Source of the DNA: an uncultured Oscillospiraceae bacterium
GTDB taxonomy: Bacteria > Bacillota > Clostridia > Oscillospirales > Oscillospiraceae
Direction of reading: 5' to 3'
Length of the DNA: 64,000 nt
Assembly (NCBI GenBank): GCA_964395795.1
Contig: CAYNBS010000002.1
Coordinates: forward strand, 51,293 to 115,292
In this document: piece by piece, positions 52,901 to 61,129 of the stretch
Layout: every line of letters starts with the position of its first letter
Position numbering within the stretch: position 1 is the first letter of the stretch
Notes under the pieces: model-generated
What the model was told of the DNA's origin: nothing
Databases searched by the model: none
Seen by the model: only the letters and a program-made list of their open reading frames with translations
Program-made: the position numbers and the translations under genes

Positions 52901-55900
52901 CATACAAGGTGCTGATGGCTTCCTCCTCGGTGCTCTCGTCCACCACGAAGGCAGAGGTCGGGTAGGTGCCAAGCCCTTCGTCATGCAGCTTGTTCCAGGT
53001 GGGCAAGTCGCTGGAATTGAAGTTGGAATAGAAAACCTTGCCATTTTCATCCCATACGAAAGCGTTCAGGTTCTTTTCCGTGCTGACCACGATCACCTTG
53101 CACTCGGCATACTTGCTGTTGTCGCCATTGGCGGTGGCGCGGATGGTGGTGCTGCCTCTGCCCACTGCGGTTACATGGCCGAAGGCATCCACCGTGGCCA
53201 CAGCGGGATTGTTGCTGCTCCAGGTGACGGTGCGATCCGTCACGGTCAGCGGCAGGACCTTGGCGGTCAGATCCGCGGTGTTGCCCTTGTAGAGATCCAG
53301 GGTTTCGGGCGTCACGCTCACTTCCGTGATCCCCTCCGGATCGACCTGCGAGCGGATCACGGTCTTCTGATAAAGGTAAACACTTCTGTTGGAATTCACG
53401 ATACTCCATTTACCGCTGGAGCACTGCAGGTTGTACCCATTGTTTGACAGGCGGTTATTGGCGCCGTCCCAGGTCCAGTTCCAATCATTGTTTCCGTCCG
53501 TCGAGATATACAGCTTGTCTTCCCCCTGGCGGCACAGGCGGTAGGGCTGGCCGGAACTGTCCGTGCCGTTTACGAAGGTAAAGGTACCGGAAGCGCTGCC
53601 CTCTCCTGCTGTCCAAACCGCCGTGTCGGCCACAGGCAGGCCCTCAATGTACTTCTTGTTATCGGTAAGCTCCGTACCTGCATTTACAGTGACGCTAGTA
53701 TTCCCGGCGGTAGTCGAGGTTCCGTTGCGCATCAGCGCGGAGCCTTCTCCGGCAGTTCTGCGGTTGACGATCAGATATTCCTCCCCTGCAGTCAGGGTAT
53801 CGGTGAGGACATAGACCGTCCTCTCCTCACAGGTCTTGTCATTGACCTTGAGCGCCATGGCGGCCTCGTTTCCGGCATAGTCGCCGGCGAAGACGGCCAC
53901 GTATCCGGAAGCGTTCTCGATGGCGTCGGAAGCATCCAGGGTGATGGTGCATTGGTTCTTGCCGGGGATCGCGTCGGCATACACGGTTTCGCCGTTCAGG
54001 GAGACAATCGCCACATAGGCCAGGGCCATGTTATCGGAAGCGGTGACGGTCAGCTCGCTGCCGTTCAGGTTGGCGCTTTCGATCTCGGGCTCGGTGTTAT
54101 CCACCACAAAGTCATAGCCCACGAAGGCGCCCTTGCCCAGGACGTTGCTCATCAGCAGGGTTTCAAAGCCATTCTTGTCCAGCGTGCCCGCATCCTTGCT
54201 GCTATAGTCGTTGTTCACGACCATGGCGTTGTACTCGGGAATGGCATAGAAGCCGATGCGGAAGTGATCGCCTTCCGTCAGCTCATAGGCGCTGGGGGCC
54301 TTGTTCACGTTGTAGGACCGGATGTCCATTCCCTGCCAGCCGTCTTTGATGGAATAGTAGATGCCGGTGGCGTCGTCGGGCAGGACATCGGAGCCCAGCA
54401 CCTCGGTCACCTTTCCGTCCTCATCCAGCGCGGTAACGGCGAAGCCCGTGGTACCGGCTGCACGAACCAGGTTGTAGGAAATGTTCAGGACCTTGGTGCT
54501 GCTGTTGATGGCCAGGCGGTCCGCAGGGAAGCTTTCCTCCGCCTTGTAGGGGTTGCCGCTGAACTTCACGTTGGCGCCGTTCATCTGCACCGTCATGTAG
54601 TTGGTGGGGTCGTTGCCGGTGTAGGACTCCTGCTCGCTGCCATAGAGCGCCTCCGTGTAGGAGACGGTATCGAACATGGTCGCGTCCGTCCAGGAGCCGT
54701 AGAAGCCCAGGATGGGGATGGAGTGGGCGTCCTCGTACACCGCGTCGTCCTCGGTGGTGGTGTCGCAGGTGACGAAGGTGAAGCCCTCGATGTAAGCGCC
54801 GCCGGGATATTTCTCATCCAGGTGGGTCTTCACGTCCTCGGGCAGGGTGATGCGGACCGAGCAGTAGCGGCTGCCGTGGGCGGGAACCACGCCGTTGGAG
54901 TAGCCCTCGCCCTCCGCAGACACGTAGCCCAGCAGCAGGTAGGCATCCAGGGTAGTGATTGCTTTGTCCCCGTCCAGGTCGGCAACGTCCAGATCCACCT
55001 CGTTCTCTTTCTTCTCGCCGGTCAGGTAGTCCAGGATGGCCCGGGCATCGTCAGCATCGGTGTCGCCGTCCATGTCCACATCATGGCCAGCCAGGGGAGC
55101 TTCGTTCTCTACGGGCGCCCACCAGCAGGTGGCGCTTGCGCCCAGATTGGCGGTTCCCCGGCTCATGTATTCGCCCTTGACGGCCTGGGTGAACACATCG
55201 GTGTCCACGGTGAAGTGCAGATCGTCGTCGGTCAGGTTATAGACGGTAAAGCCGAAGCTGTAGTCGCCGGTGCGGTCGGGATCGTCGCCCAGCTCGACCT
55301 TGACCTTGCCGTCCATTGCGGCGCCGGTCTTGCCGGTGAGGCCGCTGTTGGCCGGATCCATCATAATGACAGAATTTGCGGTAAGGGCCTTGGACACGTC
55401 CACAAGGCCGGCGCCCTGCTGCAGGATGGGCAGATAATTGCCCCCCGGCGCCATGGGCGTGGCGGTGGACATCATCAGGCTCTGGGCAATGGCGCGGGTG
55501 CTGAACCCTGCCAGGCCGCTGTTCAAGGCAGGCAGGTTGTTCTCCCGCTGATACTCCGCCAGCACGGCGGTAAGACCGGCGATGTGCGGCGCCGCCATGG
55601 AGGTGCCGCTCATGTTCTCATACTGGTCGCTGCCGCCGGGGTTGTTGGCTTCCCCGATATGGCTGCCGTTCACGGAGTAGATATTGCCGCCGGGGGCCGT
55701 GATCTCCGGCTTCATGATCAGGGAGCCGGGAACGCCCCAGGAGCTGAAGTCGCTGACGGTCGCCTCCGAGCGGTCGATCAGCACTTCCTTCTGGGTGTTG
55801 GTGACCTGCACGCTGCCGGTGTAGTAGGAAATGCCGTTGACGGTATTGGCGCTGCCGCCCTTCTTGATACTCTCGGCATCTCTCTGGGTGATGGTCACCA

Positions 55901-57629
55901 TGGGGAAGGTACCGGTGAAGCCCGGCAGCTTCATGTAGATGACGCCGGACTGGTTGTTGGCCACGATGACCGCCTTGGGGTCATAGCTCTTGGCGGTCTC
56001 GCCCTTTTGCGTAAAGTTGGGGCCGCCCCGGTTCACGATCACCACCTTGCCGGAGAGGCTGACGGCGCTGTTGACCGCTCTGAAGTCATCCTCCGTGCCG
56101 GTGGCGTCGATGTAAACGTAAGTATAGCTGCCCACAATGGTGGAGAGTGCGGGATTGGAGTAGGGCTCCTCTTCCTCCTCGCCGGTGGACTCGTAGTAGT
56201 ACACGTCCTGGTTGCCGTTGAAGGTCATGGGCGTGCCTTTGACGAGGGTATTATTGGCCGAAGCCACGCAGAGGCTGTTGAGGAAGGTGCCGGGGCTGCC
56301 GCCGGTGTGCATGCTGACATCCTCGATATACAGGTTCCCGGTAGGCAGCCGTCTGGCCAGGTCGTAGCTGTTGCCGGCAGAGATGGACAGCACCATCTTG
56401 CCGTTGTGCTTGCCGTTGGCCCAGCCGAGGACCAGATCCTGATACTCGTTATCAAAGGTCCAGCCCTGGACGGAAGAGCCCAGAGAGAGGTTCGCAACGT
56501 CGGCGCCCAGGACGATGGCGTCCTCAATGGCAACCATGTAGTCCGAATCATAGGCGCCGCCATTGGCGCCGAAAACCTTCATCACCAACAGCTGGGCGTC
56601 AGGCGCCATACCGACTGCGCCCACGGTGGAGGCAGCGTCGGCATGCCCGGAGCCGATGTACCGGTTGGCGGCGGCAATACCGGCCACGTGAGAGCCATGC
56701 TCGCCGTTTTTATCGCCCATGTGGTCGATCACGGTGTTCCCGTCAACGTAGTTGAAGCCGTAAGGGATCTTGGCGCTGACATAGTTGCCGCTGCCGCTGT
56801 TGAGCTGACCGGCAAGGCCCTGCACATACTCCTGCGTCATCAGCTCGCCGGTGGCGCCCGCCTGGCCCACGGAATACAGGAAGGGCTCCTCGGCAAAGGA
56901 CTGGTGCGTGGTGTCGATACCGGTGTCGATAATGGCGATGCGGCTGCCCGCGCCGGTGTAACCGGCGGCCCAGGCGTCGGCGGCGCCCACCATGTTCTCA
57001 CTGGTGTTGGCCGTATTGGGATCGGCGCTTACATCGTCCATGGGCAGATACCGGTTCTCCCGCTGGACACTGCGGACGCCGGGGATGGCCTCGATCTTCA
57101 GGATGTCGCCCACGGTCACATCGGCGGAGATGGCGTTGACCGCAAGGGTCATGTTCCAGTGCACGTGCAGCGGATGGCCGGTGACACCCTCGATCAGGGC
57201 GGTCATGGCGTTCTGCTGCGCCCGCAGCTCATTCCGGTAGGAGATGGCCCCAGCGTTGGTGCCTACCCCCGCGGTAGAATAGCCCGCAGCCAGGGTGGAG
57301 GGACGGTCCAGGAAAATGGAAACGCGGACCACCTGGTTCAGGTCGTCCTTCATGAAAACCGGCTCACCGATTTCTTTCCCGGAGGATTCTTCCAGACCAA
57401 GCTTCGGGACCTTCAGCTTGTCCGGACTGATCTCTTCCATTTCCACATTTCCGCTGTCGGGCTCCGGCTCCTCTGCGTTCTCCTCCGGCGCGAGAGCTTC
57501 GTTCTCCTCCGGCGTTTCCGCAGGCTCGCCTTCTTCTCCGACCTCGTCCGCGAAGCCTGTCACCCCAAGGGACAGGATCATCACGATCGCAAGCAGCAGA
57601 GACAGGAAGCGTTTCCAGGTGTTGCTCAT
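49980..57629 (-). CDS. giant secreted S8 (subtilisin/lactocepin-like) serine protease with PA, dockerin-like, Big_2, cohesin-like and InlB B-repeat modules
   Basis: 2549 aa with a signal peptide. Catalytic triad contexts are IAIIDTGID (D235), GEHGSHVAG (H311) and SGTSMAAPH (S677). A PA-like insert lies between His and Ser. No LPXTG was found. Confidence 0.9.
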   Translation of the reverse strand: MSNTWKRFLSLLLAIVMILSLGVTGFADEVGEEGEPAETPEENEALAPEENAEEPEPDSGNVEMEEISPDKLKVPKLGLEESSGKEIGEPVFMKDDLNQVVRVSIFLDRPSTLAAGYSTAGVGTNAGAISYRNELRAQQNAMTALIEGVTGHPLHVHWNMTLAVNAISADVTVGDILKIEAIPGVRSVQRENRYLPMDDVSADPNTANTSENMVGAADAWAAGYTGAGSRIAIIDTGIDTTHQSFAEEPFLYSVGQAGATGELMTQEYVQGLAGQLNSGSGNYVSAKIPYGFNYVDGNTVIDHMGDKNGEHGSHVAGIAAANRYIGSGHADAASTVGAVGMAPDAQLLVMKVFGANGGAYDSDYMVAIEDAIVLGADVANLSLGSSVQGWTFDNEYQDLVLGWANGKHNGKMVLSISAGNSYDLARRLPTGNLYIEDVSMHTGGSPGTFLNSLCVASANNTLVKGTPMTFNGNQDVYYYESTGEEEEEPYSNPALSTIVGSYTYVYIDATGTEDDFRAVNSAVSLSGKVVIVNRGGPNFTQKGETAKSYDPKAVIVANNQSGVIYMKLPGFTGTFPMVTITQRDAESIKKGGSANTVNGISYYTGSVQVTNTQKEVLIDRSEATVSDFSSWGVPGSLIMKPEITAPGGNIYSVNGSHIGEANNPGGSDQYENMSGTSMAAPHIAGLTAVLAEYQRENNLPALNSGLAGFSTRAIAQSLMMSTATPMAPGGNYLPILQQGAGLVDVSKALTANSVIMMDPANSGLTGKTGAAMDGKVKVELGDDPDRTGDYSFGFTVYNLTDDDLHFTVDTDVFTQAVKGEYMSRGTANLGASATCWWAPVENEAPLAGHDVDMDGDTDADDARAILDYLTGEKKENEVDLDVADLDGDKAITTLDAYLLLGYVSAEGEGYSNGVVPAHGSRYCSVRITLPEDVKTHLDEKYPGGAYIEGFTFVTCDTTTEDDAVYEDAHSIPILGFYGSWTDATMFDTVSYTEALYGSEQESYTGNDPTNYMTVQMNGANVKFSGNPYKAEESFPADRLAINSSTKVLNISYNLVRAAGTTGFAVTALDEDGKVTEVLGSDVLPDDATGIYYSIKDGWQGMDIRSYNVNKAPSAYELTEGDHFRIGFYAIPEYNAMVVNNDYSSKDAGTLDKNGFETLLMSNVLGKGAFVGYDFVVDNTEPEIESANLNGSELTVTASDNMALAYVAIVSLNGETVYADAIPGKNQCTITLDASDAIENASGYVAVFAGDYAGNEAAMALKVNDKTCEERTVYVLTDTLTAGEEYLIVNRRTAGEGSALMRNGTSTTAGNTSVTVNAGTELTDNKKYIEGLPVADTAVWTAGEGSASGTFTFVNGTDSSGQPYRLCRQGEDKLYISTDGNNDWNWTWDGANNRLSNNGYNLQCSSGKWSIVNSNRSVYLYQKTVIRSQVDPEGITEVSVTPETLDLYKGNTADLTAKVLPLTVTDRTVTWSSNNPAVATVDAFGHVTAVGRGSTTIRATANGDNSKYAECKVIVVSTEKNLNAFVWDENGKVFYSNFNSSDLPTWNKLHDEGLGTYPTSAFVVDESTEEEAISTLYAGTLDSGDATTELYTFDSSNYALTWYSNNYLPAFGMARASNSLPNYFVYGYTKYLVFGNLNPEEDEVKDESGSNVGTGEYYTGYPYGLLKLANTSVGDAYVAGVCAKTFDGNKSSFYFLDETGKIWETTLTLQNKDASFSNPTLVVDTGISTSFLYQSIYYDGTYLYWSHKTNTVTELIVISPSTRNVYHAGNFGEGVWPVAGLHVRETLAPASVGDAPAMTLDLEPVANYAELMTEDVIERITDEFALFGSYVVIRQPELTEEPPAEEPSAETQPTEEPAPAEEPVEEAIEEPAPAEGEGTDAYTGSLMAFRGNSAAAILPTVDPETASADMHVEDEPKQISLDVYEEDSHNGRISLVYDPASVSYQSLEINAQISAVSVHVDEETGIITIAYANKGGGSEAEDYIDSASPIVTVRFTADCEDSEGEITTLERNDELNIKEDKGLIIPGTGHDWAEPTWEWAEDYSAATASFVCRNNPEHTEELTATATSEQKDGTITYTAKVELEDKTYTDTREVQNAHDHVDANGDLFCDTCHERMGVTVTATSAGGTLDGPTVAFVKGGGKLYYGQATTLEAVNVAGYIFDGWYRDDEKVSDQLTYTYTAPEGATEDANFVALYVINGDSSFSLTITGSKFTISSMSAVQRTYFKDTYTGNSDVTVNFVGTSDETFLYWINASGKIVSTSPSYSFTMIANTELHAVTSDADTSADEALVVFLNSASNGQVLSFHYYTGDETIVFPIAPSRVGRVFTGWSMTEAEIKGAMANASRVVVYPTYAFTGETRVITLVNNINSEEQEISATYGDRFTLQADETLGSFSYWMIGGKIVSYSPTLMFRVTQELTVTAVYGQSVEPTAVMTMTDLVPITEDGAFKLAFYSMRSIPEGYTVEESGIIISNNAALQTMTLEELQQNFVLDSYGSKRYTAKQTGLFGEYYATMTLSKAMHMYGRAYAAIRLDGKLYYVYSDEILDYDYQP

Positions 57630-57751
57630 ACTATTCCTCCTTTACCGAAGCGGTGGATGCCCCGGTCTCCTTCAGCCCCATTGCGCGCTTCCTTTCGTTC
57701 CGATGGGAAAGCGCGCGCAGGGCATTTTTGGCAATATAACTATAATTATAA

Positions 57752-57780
57752 ATTATAAACGATGGCTTCCGGTTTCGCAA
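57752..57780 (-). promoter_or_regulatory. SigA-type promoter of the S8 protease gene
   Basis: On the minus strand, TTGCGA, a 17-nt spacer, then TATAAT. It predicts a 5' leader of about 115 nt. Confidence 0.55.
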
Positions 57781-57902
57781 GCGTTTTCGCGGATTTTTTG
57801 GTGAATACGCTCGATTTCTCCACCTCTTTTTTTGACATAAGCAACAAAAATTGGAAGAATGTCGGAGGGGCTTTCCTTCTCTCCTCTGATCTCTTTTGAT
57901 TG

Positions 57903-57951
57903 AAAAGCGCAGCCGTCCCTCCCGGCATCAGGCCGGGAGCGGTGGCTGCGC
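57903..57951 (-). terminator. intrinsic terminator after sbcC
   Basis: GCGCAGCC..CTCCCGGC-ctgat-GCCGGGAG..GGCTGCGC followed by TTTTC on the minus strand. Confidence 0.75.
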
Positions 57952-57955
57952 AGAT

Positions 57956-60900
57956 TCAGGCCGGTTCCACGGAAAGAGAGCTTCCCTTCTCGCCGGTTTT
58001 CACCCGGATCTTCTGGGGGATGCTCTCGTCCAGCCGGTCAACATGGGAGATGATGCCAACCAGGCGCCGCCCCTCGGAGAGCTCGGAGAGCACGTTCAGC
58101 GCCTTGTCCAGTACGTCCCCGCTGAGGCTTCCGAAGCCCTCATCGATGAAGAGCGCGTCCAGCGCCCGCCCGCCGGCGCGGTTTTGCACCACGTCCGCCA
58201 GGCCAAGGGCCAGGGCCAGGGAGGTGAAGAAGCCCTCGCCGCCGGACAGGCTGTCCGAGCCGCGCAGCTGCCCCGTGGTCAGATCCAGCACCTGGATCTC
58301 CAACCCGGCCTTGGCGTTGCGGCGATCGGCGCCGCTGCGGTGCTGCAGCTGATAGCGCCCGCCGCTCATCACATCCAGCCTCCGGTTCGCCATCTCCAGG
58401 ATTTCCCGGAACACGGCGCCCATCACATAGCGGTCAAAGCTCAGCTTGCCGCTGTCGCTGTTCATGCCGAGCGCCAGATTGCCAAGCCGCTCCAGCCGGG
58501 CAGCTGCCCGGTTGCTTTCCGCCAGCGCAGCCCGGGCCTGGGCCGCCTGCCGCCTCACCTGACGGTGATTTTCCAGCAGGTTTTCCTGCCGGCCCCAGGC
58601 CTCATCCAGCCGGAGCCCCTCGGCCTTTTCCACCTGCAGCTCCTGCTCCAGCAGCTTGAGATCCACCGGCTCCTTCCCCAGGAGCTGGTTTTCCAGCCGT
58701 TCCGCCTCGGCGGCGGCGTGGCTCCGCTCTGCCGCGTAGGCGTTGAGCGTTTCCCGCTCCTGCCGCAGCCAGCGGGCGGGATCCCCAGCGTCCGCCGGGG
58801 GCAGCGCCTCCCGCGCGGCGGCAATATCGGCAAAGCCGGTCCCCCCCAGTCCGTTTTCCAGCTCCGTGAGGGTCAGCCGCTGCTCCTCCGCCTGCCGGAG
58901 GGCCAGCTTCTCCTTCTCGGCAAGGCTGCCGGCCGCGGTGTCCCGCCGGGACTTGACTTCCTCCAGGGCCTTGCGGCTCTCTTCGATTTCCCGGGTCAGC
59001 CGCTGCTGCTCCCGCTGTAAGCTCTCCTGCCGGGTCTGGGCCTCCTGCCGGGTCTGGAAGCAGAGCTGCCGCTCGGTTTCCTGCAGCAGCAATTCCAGTG
59101 CCTGGGCGCGGGTGGCGCAGTCCCGGCAGACCTGATCCTGCGCCTCCCGGTTCCGCCGCGCTTCCTCCAGGGATGCCTCCAGATCGGGCTGACGCCGGCG
59201 CAGCTCCGCCCGCTGGGCGGAGAGCGCCCGGGCGGCCTGCCAGGCCGCTTCCGCTGCCCGGCACTGCTCCTTGCCTTGCTCCAGGGCATCCGCCAGCATG
59301 CTGCCATCGGCAAGCTGCTCCCAGCGTTCCAGCTCCGGCAGCAGCTTTTGCAGCGCGGCAAAGGCCGCGTTCCGCTGGCTTTCCCGGCGGGCGGCCAAGG
59401 CCTCCACCCGCTTATCCTGCTCGCTCCGGCGTCCCTCCGCCGCCTCCGCGGCCTGCCGGGCGGCGTCCACCGCAGGCTGATCGGGGATCTCCCCCTCCTC
59501 GGGCGCAAGGGAAGCCGCGTCCTTCTCTTCCAAATGGCTGCCGCAGACCGGGCAGGCGGCCTCGCCGCGCTCTGCCAGCTCCCGGCGCAGCTCCCGGGCC
59601 ATCAGGCCCGCCTGCCCCGCCAGGAAGCGCTGATACAGCCGGTGATGCTTTTCCTCCGCCATCAGCGCCTCCCGGGCCAGATCGCCCAGGGTCTCCCGCT
59701 CCCGGGCAAGGCTTTCCGCTTCCCGGGCAAGGGTCTGCACGTCCTTTTCCAGTGTCTGCAGCGCCTCCTGCCGGGCCTTGGCCTGGTCTCGTTCCCCTTC
59801 CCGCCGAAGGGTCAGAGCCTCCGCCCCCTCCAGCTCCTCCAGCCGGCGCAGCAGCGCAGCCCTGGCAGCCTCCAGCTGCTCCGTCTGGCCGCTCCACTGC
59901 TGCCGCAGGCGCTCCGCCTCCTCCGCCTCCCGGCGGACGGACGCGAGGGCGGCGCGGGTATCGTCCCGTTTCTGCAGGCGCTTGCACTCCTCTTCCAGCT
60001 GGAAAAGCTCCGTGCCCAGGGCCTGGATCCGCCGGGTCTTCTTTTCGTTTTCCCCGGCCCGGGCCAGGGCGGCGTCCAGCTCCCGGCCGCAGCGCTCCAG
60101 CGCGGCCCGGAGCTGCCGGATCTCCCGCTCCGTATCCGCCAGGGTCCGGTCCGCCCGCTCAAAGGCCTGGATCTTGGGCAGGACCTTTTGGAAGGCCGTC
60201 TCCGCCCGCTCAAGCCCTTGGGCCCGCAGGCTCATGGACGCCTCCCGGGCCGCCAGCTCCTGCAGGCGGTTCCGCGCCGCCGCAAGCAGGGCGAAGTCCC
60301 GGTTCAGCGCCTCCGCCGCGCCGCGGCGCTTGTCCAGCTCGCTGACGCGCAGGCGGGAGGCGGCGCGAAGCCCGGAAACCTGCTCCAGCGCCTGCTCCTC
60401 CCGGGCGATCAGAGCGTCCAGGTTTTCCATCAGCTCCGGATGCTCCGGCAGGTACAGCAATCGCTCCTCCTCGCTCCCCTCCGGGACGCGAAAGGCGTTC
60501 TGCATCAGTCCCTTCAGCTCCTCCCGCCGGGCGGCCCGGCGGCGCTGCAGCTCATCCCGGGCCCCGCCCAGCAGGTTCTGGTAACGCACAAACTGGCTGT
60601 TGTCGAATAGCTTGCCTAAGATCTCGTTTTTCTTGTCGCTGTCCGCCTTCAGGAATTCCCGGAACTCCCCCTGGGCCAGCATCACGATCTTGCGGAACTG
60701 CTCCGCGTTCAGGCCCAGCAGCGTCTCGATGCGGCGGGTGACCTTCTCGGCCCCCTCGGTGGGATCCCGGTCCGGCTCCAGCAGGGTTGCACCGAGGCTC
60801 TGGTCGCCATAGGCGTTCCCGGTCCCCCGCTTCTTGGGAAAATGGATCGTGCGGGTGACGCTGTATTCCTTCCCGCCCTGCTCAAAGCGCAGCGTCACCA

Positions 60901-61129
60901 CCGTGTCCACCGATTTCTCCACAAAATCGCAGTGGAGCATGTCCGCCGTCCGGTCCCGGCCGCTGGCCTTGCCGTACAGGGCAAAGACAATGGCGTCAAA
61001 GATCGTGGTCTTCCCTGCTCCGGTGTCCCCCGTCACCAGGTAGAGGCCCTGGTGCAGCGCGGCAAAGGGCAGCACGGTCTTCTCGGCATAGGAGCCGAAG
61101 GCCGTCATTTCCAAATACAGGGGTCTCAT
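57956..61129 (-). CDS. sbcC: exonuclease SbcC (Rad50-like SMC ATPase)
   Basis: Walker A GDTGAGKTT at the N-terminus, long coiled coil, zinc hook ACPVCG, then C-terminal signature LSGGE and Walker B ALFIDEGFG. Confidence 0.9.
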   Translation of the reverse strand: MRPLYLEMTAFGSYAEKTVLPFAALHQGLYLVTGDTGAGKTTIFDAIVFALYGKASGRDRTADMLHCDFVEKSVDTVVTLRFEQGGKEYSVTRTIHFPKKRGTGNAYGDQSLGATLLEPDRDPTEGAEKVTRRIETLLGLNAEQFRKIVMLAQGEFREFLKADSDKKNEILGKLFDNSQFVRYQNLLGGARDELQRRRAARREELKGLMQNAFRVPEGSEEERLLYLPEHPELMENLDALIAREEQALEQVSGLRAASRLRVSELDKRRGAAEALNRDFALLAAARNRLQELAAREASMSLRAQGLERAETAFQKVLPKIQAFERADRTLADTEREIRQLRAALERCGRELDAALARAGENEKKTRRIQALGTELFQLEEECKRLQKRDDTRAALASVRREAEEAERLRQQWSGQTEQLEAARAALLRRLEELEGAEALTLRREGERDQAKARQEALQTLEKDVQTLAREAESLARERETLGDLAREALMAEEKHHRLYQRFLAGQAGLMARELRRELAERGEAACPVCGSHLEEKDAASLAPEEGEIPDQPAVDAARQAAEAAEGRRSEQDKRVEALAARRESQRNAAFAALQKLLPELERWEQLADGSMLADALEQGKEQCRAAEAAWQAARALSAQRAELRRRQPDLEASLEEARRNREAQDQVCRDCATRAQALELLLQETERQLCFQTRQEAQTRQESLQREQQRLTREIEESRKALEEVKSRRDTAAGSLAEKEKLALRQAEEQRLTLTELENGLGGTGFADIAAAREALPPADAGDPARWLRQERETLNAYAAERSHAAAEAERLENQLLGKEPVDLKLLEQELQVEKAEGLRLDEAWGRQENLLENHRQVRRQAAQARAALAESNRAAARLERLGNLALGMNSDSGKLSFDRYVMGAVFREILEMANRRLDVMSGGRYQLQHRSGADRRNAKAGLEIQVLDLTTGQLRGSDSLSGGEGFFTSLALALGLADVVQNRAGGRALDALFIDEGFGSLSGDVLDKALNVLSELSEGRRLVGIISHVDRLDESIPQKIRVKTGEKGSSLSVEPA

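Noticed and set aside
50073-57758. 1124-aa and 1268-aa plus-strand ORFs (50073-53447 and 53952-57758) opposite the S8 protease gene
   Set aside because: They are antisense to a gene with an intact signal peptide and catalytic triad, and their translations are low-complexity G/A/V/H/D-rich. They are shadow ORFs.
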